Positions 56,238-64,000 of a stretch of DNA of 64,000 bases are shown here, in pieces. Made by a program: the position numbers and the translations under genes. Where the stretch lies: assembly GCA_016873295.1 (NCBI GenBank), contig VGXM01000006.1, forward strand, positions 44,525 to 108,524. The letters run 5' to 3'. The stretch's first letter is position 1. The number at the start of each line of letters is the position of its first letter. The notes beneath the pieces were generated by a model. It worked only from the letters and a program-made list of their open reading frames with translations. It was not told where the DNA came from and made no database searches. Origin of the DNA: Phycisphaerae bacterium. GTDB taxonomy: Bacteria; Planctomycetota; Phycisphaerae; Phycisphaerales; UBA1924.

Positions 56238-57827
56238 ATGCGCACGATCCTCCTCGCGGCTCTGCTCGCCGCCCCGGCCCTGGCCCAGCACGATCTCCGC
56301 ACGGTCGCCGAGCGCACCGACTTCCGCGGCACGGCCCTGCACGCCGAGGTCGTGGCGTTGCTCGACGCCCTCGCCGCCGCCGATCCGCGCGCCACGCGCC
56401 ACTCGCTGGGCACCTCCACGAAGGGGCTCGACATCCCCGTGCTCGTCCTGGCCGACCCGCCCGTGCGCTCCGCCGACGAGGCCCGGGCCCAGGTCGAGAA
56501 GGGCAAGATCCTCGTCTTTGCCATCGGCAACATCCACGGCGGCGAGGTCTGCGGCAAGGAGGCCCTGCCCATGTACGCCCGCGCCGTCCTCGCGGGTGAG
56601 CACCCCGGGCTTCTCGACCGCGTCCTCCTCGCCATCGCCCCCATCTACAACTGCGACGGCAACGAGCAGGTCTCCCCCGACAACCGCCCCGGACAGGTCG
56701 GCCCCGAGCTGGGCATGGGCAAGCGCGAGAACGGGCAGGGGCTCGACCTCAACCGCGACTTCGTCAAGCTCGAAGCCCCGGAGACCCGGGGCCTGGTCCG
56801 CTTCCTCAACGAGTGGAACCCCCACCTCTTCATCGACACCCACACCACCAACGGCTCGCACCACCGCTTCACCATGACCTACGGCACCGCCAAGTCCCTC
56901 GCCGGCGACGACGCCCTCCGCGCCTTCGCCCGCGAGCGCTTCGTCCCCGGGCTGTCCGCGGCGTACACCGGGGCCAGCGGCGAGCCCGCGTTCTGGTACG
57001 GCTCCTTCGGCGACGGGGTCTTCAACGCCAGCGTGGGCGACCGCACCACCTGGGGAACCTACCCCGCCGAGGCCCGCTTCGGCACCACCTACGTCGGCCT
57101 GCGCGGGCGCCTCAGCCTGCTCACCGAGGCCTACAGCTACGCGCCCTACCGCGAGCGGGTGCTGCGCACGCTCGACATGGTCCACGCCGCCGTGGGCTGG
57201 TGCGCCGAGAACGCCGACGAGGTCAGGCGCGTCTGCGCCCAGGCCGACGACCGGGCCCGCTCGGCGCCGCGCGACCGCGTCGTCATCCGCGCGCGCCCCG
57301 TCCCCTGCCCGGGCGAGCACACCATCCTCGGGTTCGAGGAGGAGGTCCGCGACGGGCGGGCCATCAACACCGGCGTCCACCGCGACTACGCCGTGCGCCT
57401 CCTCGACTGCCTCGACCCCGAAACGGCCGTCGAGCGCCCCCGCGGCTACACGCTCCCCCGCGACGAGAGGCTCCAGCCCGTGATCGAGACGCTCCGGCTC
57501 CACGGCGTGCGCGTGACCGAGGTCGCCGCCGACATGACCGTGCCGGGCGAGCGCTCGGTGGTGACCAAGGCCACCCCCGCCAGCCGCGCCTTCCAGGGGC
57601 ACGTCCTCGTCCGCGTCGAGACCGACACGGTCGCCGAGCCGATCCGGCTTTCCAAGGGCGACTGGTACGTCACCACGGCCCAGCCCCTGGGCAACCTCGT
57701 CGTCTACCTCCTCGAACCCCGATCCGAGGACGGGCTGGCGACCTGGAACTTCTTCGACCCCTGGCTCACCCCGGGCGAGACCTTCCCCGCCCGGCGCGTC
57801 ACGGGCCCCTCGACGCTCTCCGGCTGA
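56238..57827 (+). CDS. secreted M14-family zinc carboxypeptidase
   Basis: The signal peptide is MRTILLAALLAAPALA. Motifs ILVFAIGNIHGGEVCGKEA (HxxE zinc site) and IDTHTTNGSHHRFTM are present. Confidence 0.8.
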   Translation: MRTILLAALLAAPALAQHDLRTVAERTDFRGTALHAEVVALLDALAAADPRATRHSLGTSTKGLDIPVLVLADPPVRSADEARAQVEKGKILVFAIGNIHGGEVCGKEALPMYARAVLAGEHPGLLDRVLLAIAPIYNCDGNEQVSPDNRPGQVGPELGMGKRENGQGLDLNRDFVKLEAPETRGLVRFLNEWNPHLFIDTHTTNGSHHRFTMTYGTAKSLAGDDALRAFARERFVPGLSAAYTGASGEPAFWYGSFGDGVFNASVGDRTTWGTYPAEARFGTTYVGLRGRLSLLTEAYSYAPYRERVLRTLDMVHAAVGWCAENADEVRRVCAQADDRARSAPRDRVVIRARPVPCPGEHTILGFEEEVRDGRAINTGVHRDYAVRLLDCLDPETAVERPRGYTLPRDERLQPVIETLRLHGVRVTEVAADMTVPGERSVVTKATPASRAFQGHVLVRVETDTVAEPIRLSKGDWYVTTAQPLGNLVVYLLEPRSEDGLATWNFFDPWLTPGETFPARRVTGPSTLSG

Positions 57828-57882
57828 CGCCCGGGATGCGCAAGCCCGTGAGCCAATCCCGGGATCCGCCCCACCCATCGCC

Positions 57883-59187
57883 TCAGGCGGGCAGCGGGAA
57901 CCGATGGCACAGGTGCCTGATCTGCTCGACGACGCCCGCGCTCTCGATCGCCAGTTCGTGGGATCCGCGCAGCCCCGCCGAGACCACGCGGTCGATGAGC
58001 CCCGCGACGACGCCCATCTCCGCCTCGCCCATGCCTCGGGTCGTGAGCGCGGGCGTGCCCAGGCGGACGCCGCTGGTCAGCTTGGGCGGGCGCGGGTCCT
58101 GCGGCACGCCGTTCTTGTTGCAGACGATCCCCGCGCCCTCCAGCCACTTCTCGGCGTCGGCGCCGGTGAGCTGCTCGCTCTTGCGGCGGAGGTCGACGAG
58201 CATGAGGTGCGTGTCGGTGCCGCCGGTGGTGATCCGGTAGCCGCGCTCCGCCAGGGCCCCGACCAGGGCCCGCGCGTTGGTCACGATCCGCCCGCTGTAT
58301 TCCTTGAACTCGGGCTTGAGGGCCTCGCCGAACGCGACCGCCTTGGCCGCGATGGTGTTCATCAGCGGCCCGCCCAGCACGCCCGGGAAGACCGCGCGGT
58401 CGATCTTCCTGGCCATCTCCTCGTCGTTGCACAGGATCATCCCGCCCCGGGGCCCGCGGAGCGTCTTGTGCGTCGTGGTGGTCACGACGTGGCAGTGCGG
58501 GAAGGGCGAGGGGTGCACGCCCGTCGCCACCAGCCCCGCGATGTGGGCGATGTCGGCGTGCAGGATCGCCCCGCACCTGTCCGCCACCCGGCGGAAGCGG
58601 GCGAAGTCGATCACGCGGGGATACGCCGAGTACCCGCACATGATGAGCTTGGGCTTGGCCCGCACGCAGATCTTCTCCATCGCGTCGTAATCGATCCGCT
58701 CGAACTCCGGGCTCGACGCGTCGTAGACCAGCGGGTAGTGCACGGGCTTGAACCACTTGCCGGACATGTTCACCTTGAGCCCGTGCGTCAGGTGCCCGCC
58801 GTCGGCCAGCACCAGGCTCGCGAAGGTGTCGCCCGGGTCCAAGAGGGCCAGGAAGAGGGCCTGGTTGGCGGTGGCGCCCGAGTGAGGCTGGACGTTGGCG
58901 AAGGCGCAGTTGAAGAGCTGCCTGGCCCGGTGCCGCGCGATCTCCTCGATCTGGTCGTAGAACCCGCACCCGCCGTAGTACCGCGCGCCGGGGTACCCCT
59001 CCGCGTACTTGTTGGTCAGGCACGTGCCCATCGCCGCCATGACCGCGCCGGAGGCGTGGTTCTCGCTGGCGATCAGTTCGAGCGTCTCGGCCTGCCGCCG
59101 GGCCTCCTGGCGGACGAGCGAGGCGACCTGCGGATCGCGGTGATCGAGCAGGGAGTGAACCGTCTGCGCCAGGACATCGTGTGCCAT
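57883..59187 (-). CDS. glyA: serine hydroxymethyltransferase
   Basis: LELIASENHASGAVMAAMGTCLTNKYAEGYPGARYYGGC...VTTTTHKTLRGPRGGMIL shows the PLP-lysine region and overall SHMT identity. Confidence 0.95.
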   Translation of the reverse strand: MAHDVLAQTVHSLLDHRDPQVASLVRQEARRQAETLELIASENHASGAVMAAMGTCLTNKYAEGYPGARYYGGCGFYDQIEEIARHRARQLFNCAFANVQPHSGATANQALFLALLDPGDTFASLVLADGGHLTHGLKVNMSGKWFKPVHYPLVYDASSPEFERIDYDAMEKICVRAKPKLIMCGYSAYPRVIDFARFRRVADRCGAILHADIAHIAGLVATGVHPSPFPHCHVVTTTTHKTLRGPRGGMILCNDEEMARKIDRAVFPGVLGGPLMNTIAAKAVAFGEALKPEFKEYSGRIVTNARALVGALAERGYRITTGGTDTHLMLVDLRRKSEQLTGADAEKWLEGAGIVCNKNGVPQDPRPPKLTSGVRLGTPALTTRGMGEAEMGVVAGLIDRVVSAGLRGSHELAIESAGVVEQIRHLCHRFPLPA

Positions 59188-59214
59188 GCCCGGAGGGTAT
59201 CCGGAAACGAGCGC

Positions 59215-60159
59215 CTAGGGCTCGATCAGGACGCGCACGCACGCGGGGTCCGCCGCCACCCGCGCCGCCGATTCCCCCTCCGACAGCCTGAATCGCCGGC
59301 CGATCAGGCTCACCACGTCGACCCCGGCGGTCAACGCCTCCAGCCCGCCCGCGATCCGCCCGCCCCGGCAGCCCAGCACCGTCAGTTCGTGCTCCGTCAC
59401 CGCCGCCGCGTCCAGGCCCGGGGGCCCGCCCTCGGGCGACGCCGCCAGCACCACGGTGCCGCGCGGCCTGACGAACCGCGTCGCCAGGTCGATCATCCGG
59501 GGAAGCCCCGAGCACTCGAAGACCAGCTCCTGGTCCTGGCGTCGCCCGGTCTCACCGATGAGCCGATGCTTGATCCCCCACTTCTCGCACAGTTCGAGCC
59601 GGCCCGGGCGATCACCCAGCAGCCGCACCGAGGCGTTCCGCCGCGCCATGACCTGCGCGCACAGCAGCGCCAGGCACCCGTCGCCCAGCACCGTCACGTA
59701 CGTGCGCCCCTCGACCCGCGCCATCCCCGCCGCGTGCACCGCGTGCGAGAGGGGCTCCGCGAACACCGCCACCTCATCCCCCACCCCCTTGGGCACCTCC
59801 GCGAGATTGCGCACGGGCACGGCGACTCGCTCGGCGGCCCCCCCGTCACACCCCATCCGCCCCAGCACGCGCCGCCCGGCGCAGTGGTTGGACAGCCCCG
59901 ACCGGCACCGTTCGCACCTGCCGCACGCGATCAGGGCCGACGCGACGACGCGACGACCGACCCACGCCTCCTCGCGCGCCCCGTCCGCCACGCGCTCGAC
60001 GACGCCCACGAACTCCCTCCCGGGGATGCCCTCGCCCCGCCCCGGCACGTCGCCCCCGCCCAGCGCGCAGCGCAGCACCCGCACCAGCGCCTCGCCCGCG
60101 CGCAGCGTCGGCTCCGGACACTCGGCGTCGAATCGCGCCGTCCCCGCGTTGACTCGCAT
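59215..60159 (-). CDS. zinc-dependent medium-chain alcohol dehydrogenase family protein (threonine/sorbitol dehydrogenase-like)
   Basis: MRVNAGTARFDAECPEPTLRAGEALVRV is followed by the structural-zinc Cys cluster CGRCERCRSGLSNHC and a Rossmann segment VTVLGDGCLALL. The ATG is at complement 60157-60159. The upstream extension is rejected. Confidence 0.8.
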   Translation of the reverse strand: MRVNAGTARFDAECPEPTLRAGEALVRVLRCALGGGDVPGRGEGIPGREFVGVVERVADGAREEAWVGRRVVASALIACGRCERCRSGLSNHCAGRRVLGRMGCDGGAAERVAVPVRNLAEVPKGVGDEVAVFAEPLSHAVHAAGMARVEGRTYVTVLGDGCLALLCAQVMARRNASVRLLGDRPGRLELCEKWGIKHRLIGETGRRQDQELVFECSGLPRMIDLATRFVRPRGTVVLAASPEGGPPGLDAAAVTEHELTVLGCRGGRIAGGLEALTAGVDVVSLIGRRFRLSEGESAARVAADPACVRVLIEP

Positions 60160-60399
60160 GGCTCGCAGGCCCGGGCCTCCACCGGGGACAGAGCCCCGCG
60201 GGAGCTCATCGGCGCGGTCGGGCGGTCGCCACGCCCCCCCCGCGATGCGCCCCTTGCGCGCGGACGGGCTGGTCCGGCCGGGAGAGGCGTGAACGTCCGA
60301 GAGCCACGCCCCGGGCGCCACGGGCCAACGGGCGCCCCGCTCGTGACCCGTGACGGCTCCGGCATGCTCCCCCAGGTCGGGAAGCACGCAGCCCCGCGC

Positions 60400-61194
60400 T
60401 TACCGTGGCGCGCCGGGCGGCGGCAGGCCCGCGGGGGTCAACGACGGCTCGTTGGGCGGGGGCGGGACGAACGGCAGGCGCTCGTACCACCTCTTCTTGC
60501 GGCTGAACGCCGGGTAGGTAAAGACGCTGCGCCCCGCGAACGCCGCGCCCCCGGCCCCGCGGTACCAGTCGAGCCAGGCGCGGGCGTCGCCGCCCAGGTC
60601 CTGCCCGGTGAGCGTCCGCAGCGAGGCCTGCGTGGCCCCGTTCACCGCCAGGTGCGGGTCGCCCAGGGCCGCGATGAGCGCCTCGACGACCCGGGGCTCG
60701 GCGTACTGCCCCAGGGCCGTCGCCGCCTCCGTGCGCACCGAAGCGTCCAACTCCTCGTCCTCCTTGAGCAGGGCCAGGAGCGGCTCGACCGCGGCGGGGC
60801 TGTGCAGGCGCTGCAGCCCGCGGGCCGCCTCCCAGCGCACGAGCCGGTCCGAGTCCCCCAGCGCCGTGACCAGGATCCGGGCGTGCTCGGGGCGACCGTG
60901 GTTGGCCAGGGCCCGCAGCGCGACCGCGCGCACGCCCGCGTCCGGGTCGTCGGCGTTGTCGACGAAGAGCGCGATGTAGGGCGCCTCGCCCGCGAAGGGC
61001 GCGGTGGAGAGCAGCCGGGTACCCCGGAAGCGCAGGTCGGCGTCGTACTCGTCCGTCGCCATGCGGGCCGCCTCCTCGGGCGTGGGCGGCGCGAACATCG
61101 CGAAGATGCTCTCGGCCCCGGGGCGCATGCGGTCCGAGGCGCACCCCGCGAGGAACACCGCCATCGCCATCGTCACCGGACGCATCGGCTTCAT
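60400..61194 (-). CDS. HEAT-repeat (PBS-lyase-type) lipoprotein
   Basis: A lipobox is present in MAMAVFLAGC. Repeated DxxVRxxAAxALG HEAT-like units follow (VRAVALRALANHG, VRWEAARGLQRL, VRTEAATALGQY). Confidence 0.7.
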   Translation of the reverse strand: MKPMRPVTMAMAVFLAGCASDRMRPGAESIFAMFAPPTPEEAARMATDEYDADLRFRGTRLLSTAPFAGEAPYIALFVDNADDPDAGVRAVALRALANHGRPEHARILVTALGDSDRLVRWEAARGLQRLHSPAAVEPLLALLKEDEELDASVRTEAATALGQYAEPRVVEALIAALGDPHLAVNGATQASLRTLTGQDLGGDARAWLDWYRGAGGAAFAGRSVFTYPAFSRKKRWYERLPFVPPPPNEPSLTPAGLPPPGAPR

Positions 61195-61219
61195 GGGCGG
61201 GAGTATAAGGATGGCCCGC

Positions 61220-61936
61220 TCAGGCGTGGTCCGGACCGGCGTGCGTGCCGGTCAGCCCGGGCGGGGGCTTGATGATCTCGCGCAGCACCAGGGCCTTGCG
61301 CCAGTCCGCCGCCGAGCGGGGCACGAACCGCGTCTTGACCGGCGCGCGCACGGGCGCCTCGATCGGCACGTCGGGCACCAGGCGGTGGGCGAACGACTCG
61401 CCCTCCGGGTGCTCCGAGACGTCGTGCGCCGGAGGCACGTGCTTGGGCTTGGCGTCGGCTGAGGCCTGGTGGGCCGGGCGGGGCTGGGGCGGACGCGCCG
61501 TCGGCTGGGCCGCTCGCGCCGGTCGGGCCGCGGACGGGCGACGCACGACCCGAGGCACGGGCTGAGCGACCGTCGCCGGGATCGGCACGCGCCCGGGCGT
61601 CCCCGCCGTGGGCGCCCGCACGACGACCGGGCCCGGCCCTTCCTGCTGTTGTCGCGCCTGCGCCCGTCGGCGGAGTTCCTGCAGCTGCGCCTGGCGCCGG
61701 GCCGCGATCTCGCGCAGGCGGGCCTCCTGCTCCGTCATGGGCGGGCCCGCCGGGCCGCCCAGCGCCGGGTCCTTGCCCGTGCGCAGGAGCTCGCTCCGCC
61801 GGCGCTCGACCTCCTCGATGGCCCGCTTCTTGGCCGCCTGTTCCTGGAGCTTGCGCACGACCCACCCGATCGCGGAGAAGCCCACGATCATCGCGACCAC
61901 CAACAGGTTGACCCACTGCTGCGTGCTCAGGTTCAT
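61220..61936 (-). CDS. membrane-anchored hypothetical protein with coiled-coil and Pro/Arg-rich regions
   Basis: An N-terminal TM segment (WVNLLVVAMIVGFSAIGWVV) precedes a charged coiled coil (KLQEQAAKKRAIEEVERRRSELLR) and a Pro-rich low-complexity tail. Confidence 0.5.
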   Translation of the reverse strand: MNLSTQQWVNLLVVAMIVGFSAIGWVVRKLQEQAAKKRAIEEVERRRSELLRTGKDPALGGPAGPPMTEQEARLREIAARRQAQLQELRRRAQARQQQEGPGPVVVRAPTAGTPGRVPIPATVAQPVPRVVRRPSAARPARAAQPTARPPQPRPAHQASADAKPKHVPPAHDVSEHPEGESFAHRLVPDVPIEAPVRAPVKTRFVPRSAADWRKALVLREIIKPPPGLTGTHAGPDHA

Positions 61937-61957
61937 CGACCGAACCTCCGCCTGATC

Positions 61958-62740
61958 CTATCGCCCGGCGTCGTCGGCGACGAGCACCGGACGCCCCGGG
62001 TCGCCCAGGCTCCGGAACGCGATGGAGAAGACGCCCGAGAGCAGCCCGGGGCGGAGCACCTCCGACGCGGCCCCGCACGCGGCCACCGTCCCGCCCTCGT
62101 GCAGCACGAGCACGCGGTCGGCCAGCCGACCCGCCGCCGCGAAATCGTGCAGCACCACCGCGACCGCCAGCCCCTCGCCCGCCAACCCGCGCATGACGGC
62201 GCACGCCTGGGCGACGTGCCTCGGGTCCATCGCCGAGAAGGGCTCGTCGGCGAGCAGGACGCGCGTGCCGCCCGGGCGGTCGCGGTCCAGTTGGGCCAGG
62301 GCCCGGGCGAACATCACCCGCTGCTGCTGCCCCGCCGACAGCTCGTCGAACGCCGACGACGCCAGGGCCGCGACCTCCATCCGTTCCATGGCCCGGCCGA
62401 CGGCCCGGTCGTCGCGCTCGCCCCCGAGCGAGTAGCGCCCGAACCGCACCACCTGCCCCGCGGCGAACGAGAACGCCACGCCCCCGCGCTGGCTGACATA
62501 GGCGATGCGTTCGGCCCGCGTGGTCGCCGGCATGCCCGCGACCGGCTCGCCATCGAGCGTGACCTGGCCCGCGTCGGGCGCGAGCAGCCCGGCCAAGAGG
62601 CGCACGAGCGTGGACTTGCCCGCGCCGTTGGGCCCGATGATCGCCGTCACCGACCCCGGCTCGATCGACGCCGACACGTCCGTCAGGACGGTCCTCCCCG
62701 CCCGGTACCCGAACCGCACGCCCTGGGCCCGCAACGCCAT
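61958..62740 (-). CDS. ABC transporter ATP-binding protein (iron/hemin-importer FecE/HmuV-like); no permease in the window
   Basis: MALRAQGVRFGYRAGRTVLTDVSASIEPGSVTAIIGPNGAGKSTL...LSAGQQQRVMFARALAQ...LLADEPFSAMD. The ATG is at complement 62738-62740. The 300-codon N-terminal extension is rejected. Confidence 0.85.
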   Translation of the reverse strand: MALRAQGVRFGYRAGRTVLTDVSASIEPGSVTAIIGPNGAGKSTLVRLLAGLLAPDAGQVTLDGEPVAGMPATTRAERIAYVSQRGGVAFSFAAGQVVRFGRYSLGGERDDRAVGRAMERMEVAALASSAFDELSAGQQQRVMFARALAQLDRDRPGGTRVLLADEPFSAMDPRHVAQACAVMRGLAGEGLAVAVVLHDFAAAGRLADRVLVLHEGGTVAACGAASEVLRPGLLSGVFSIAFRSLGDPGRPVLVADDAGR

Positions 62741-62884
62741 GCACGAGGCTAAGCCCCGTGGGCCAGTCAGCCCAGTGGGACCGGCCTCTGGCCGGTGTGT
62801 CTGCCGCTCGCCCACGGCGCCCCGGACCGGCCCGAGGCCGGTCCCACCGATCGCGCGATACGCTTGGGCCGACAGGGAGGCCGC

Positions 62885-63877
62885 ATGACCCAAGCCCAGC
62901 AGACCGTCGCACTCACCGGCGCCGCCGGGTTCGTGGGCCGCACGCTCACGCGCGAGTTGCTCAGGCGCGGCAAGCGCGTGCGGGCCCTGGTCCGCGACCG
63001 CGGGCGGGCCGCCCGGGAGCTGCCCTCGCGCGACCCCGGGCTGACGCTGGTCGCGGGCGACGCCCTGGACGGACACTCGCCGGCCGAGCTGGTCGCCGGG
63101 GCCGACGCCTGCGTCAACCTGATCGGGATCATCCGCCAGGAGCCGGGCGGGCGCACGTTCGCCGAGGTCCACACCGAGGCGACGCGGGTCCTCGTGCGGG
63201 CGTGCGTGGCGTCGAACACGGCGCGCCGGTTCGTGCAGATGTCGGCCCTGGGCGTCTCCGGCGACGGCGAGTGCGAGTACCGCCGGACCAAGTGGGCCGC
63301 CGAGCAGGCCGTCCGCGCCTCCGGGCTCGACTGGACCATCTTCCGCCCCAGCCTGATCCACGGCCCGTCGGGCGACCTCATGCAGATGGCGGCGGAGTGG
63401 GCCTCGGGGCAGAGCCCGCCGTACTTCTTCATGCCCTACTTCACCCGCTGGGAGCACGACGAGCGCGTGCCCGCGGGCCCGACGCGGGCGATCACGCCCA
63501 AGGTGCAGCCCGTGGCGGTCGAGGACGTGGCCGCCGCCCTCGCCGAGTGCCTCGACCGCCCGGAGACCGTCGGCGAGATCTACCCGCTGGTCGGGCCCGA
63601 GACGCTGACCTGGCCCCGCCTGCTCACGCTGGTCCGCGACCACGTGCCGGGGAGCAACCGGCGCCTGGTGCCCTGGGGGATCCCGAGCGAGGCGGCGGCG
63701 CGCGTCGCCGGGGCCGCCCGGGTCGCGGGCCTAAGCGGGCTGCTGCCCTTCGACCGCGGCATGGCGGTGATGGGCGGGCAGGACTCGACGGCGAGCGTGG
63801 ACAAGGTGCGGGCGGAGCTGGGCATCGACCCGCGCCCCTTCACGCCGACGTTCCTCGCCTACGCCTCGCGCGTCTAG
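62885..63877 (+). CDS. NAD(P)-binding SDR-family/NmrA-like oxidoreductase (complex-I NDUFA9-like)
   Basis: MTQAQQTVALTGAAGFVGRTLTRELLRRGKRVRALVRD shows the GxxGxxG Rossmann motif. A gggagg RBS precedes the ATG at 62885. Confidence 0.8.
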   Translation: MTQAQQTVALTGAAGFVGRTLTRELLRRGKRVRALVRDRGRAARELPSRDPGLTLVAGDALDGHSPAELVAGADACVNLIGIIRQEPGGRTFAEVHTEATRVLVRACVASNTARRFVQMSALGVSGDGECEYRRTKWAAEQAVRASGLDWTIFRPSLIHGPSGDLMQMAAEWASGQSPPYFFMPYFTRWEHDERVPAGPTRAITPKVQPVAVEDVAAALAECLDRPETVGEIYPLVGPETLTWPRLLTLVRDHVPGSNRRLVPWGIPSEAAARVAGAARVAGLSGLLPFDRGMAVMGGQDSTASVDKVRAELGIDPRPFTPTFLAYASRV

Positions 63878-63918
63878 AGCGTGTCATGCACTTTCGCCGA
63901 AGCGCCCGATGATTGGGC

Positions 63919-64000
63919 ATGGCAAGGAAGCCGTACCCGACGGACGTCACGGATGACGAATGGGCGTTTGTGGCCCCATACCTGACCCTGATGCGTGAGG
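63919..64000 (+). mobile_element. 5' end of an IS5/IS1182-type (DUF4096 N-terminus) transposase gene, truncated by the window edge
   Basis: MARKPYPTDVTDDEWAFVAPYLTLMRE matches the conserved N-terminus of IS5-family transposases (Y-x-[ST]-D-[LV]-[ST]-D-x-E-W-x-x-[IV]-x-P-x-L). Confidence 0.6.

Overview
The window is about 70% GC and densely coded, and is most likely from a Planctomycetota-like genome. This call rests on a DUF1559 prepilin-type protein, the F-E-A-L-E-x-R N-terminal motif on a secreted protein, and the need for GTG/TTG starts. Many long ORFs in the six-frame track are antisense artefacts of the high GC.

Supported genes include: glyQS, a three-gene HDOD histidine kinase with two response regulators, tsaB, an HU/IHF protein, nadA, trmH-like, uppP, asnS, flotillin, ybaB, a NUDIX hydrolase, an MsbA-like ABC exporter, a large secreted cyclophilin-domain protein, tRNA-Ser(TGA), mscL, a DUF481 outer-membrane protein, a glycogen-debranching enzyme, a CHASE4-like hybrid kinase, a macA-macB-tolC efflux operon, pdxA, an M14 carboxypeptidase, glyA, and the first codons of an IS5-family transposase at the right edge.

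The most interesting region is a glycan-tailoring island at about 10.8-25.7 kb. Its genes are: PilZ, GT2, a sulfotransferase, an FkbM methyltransferase, two paralogous uncharacterised GT-like proteins, a CgeB-like glycosyltransferase, an HldE-like sugar activator with reversed domain order, and a second GT2. They surround a 756-aa secreted glycine-rich tail-fibre-like protein. That gene is bracketed by two near-identical 185-bp direct repeats, each about 350 bp upstream of a plus-strand gene. Three consecutive enzymes in the island share four copies of a 95-aa C-terminal module.

A second unexplained class is a family of about 176-bp terminal-inverted-repeat elements, each with two perfect 14-16-bp hairpins. 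Five copies occur at three loci, always just downstream of a gene and in its transcript orientation; two abut the stop codon. They resemble transcribed REP/MITE elements.
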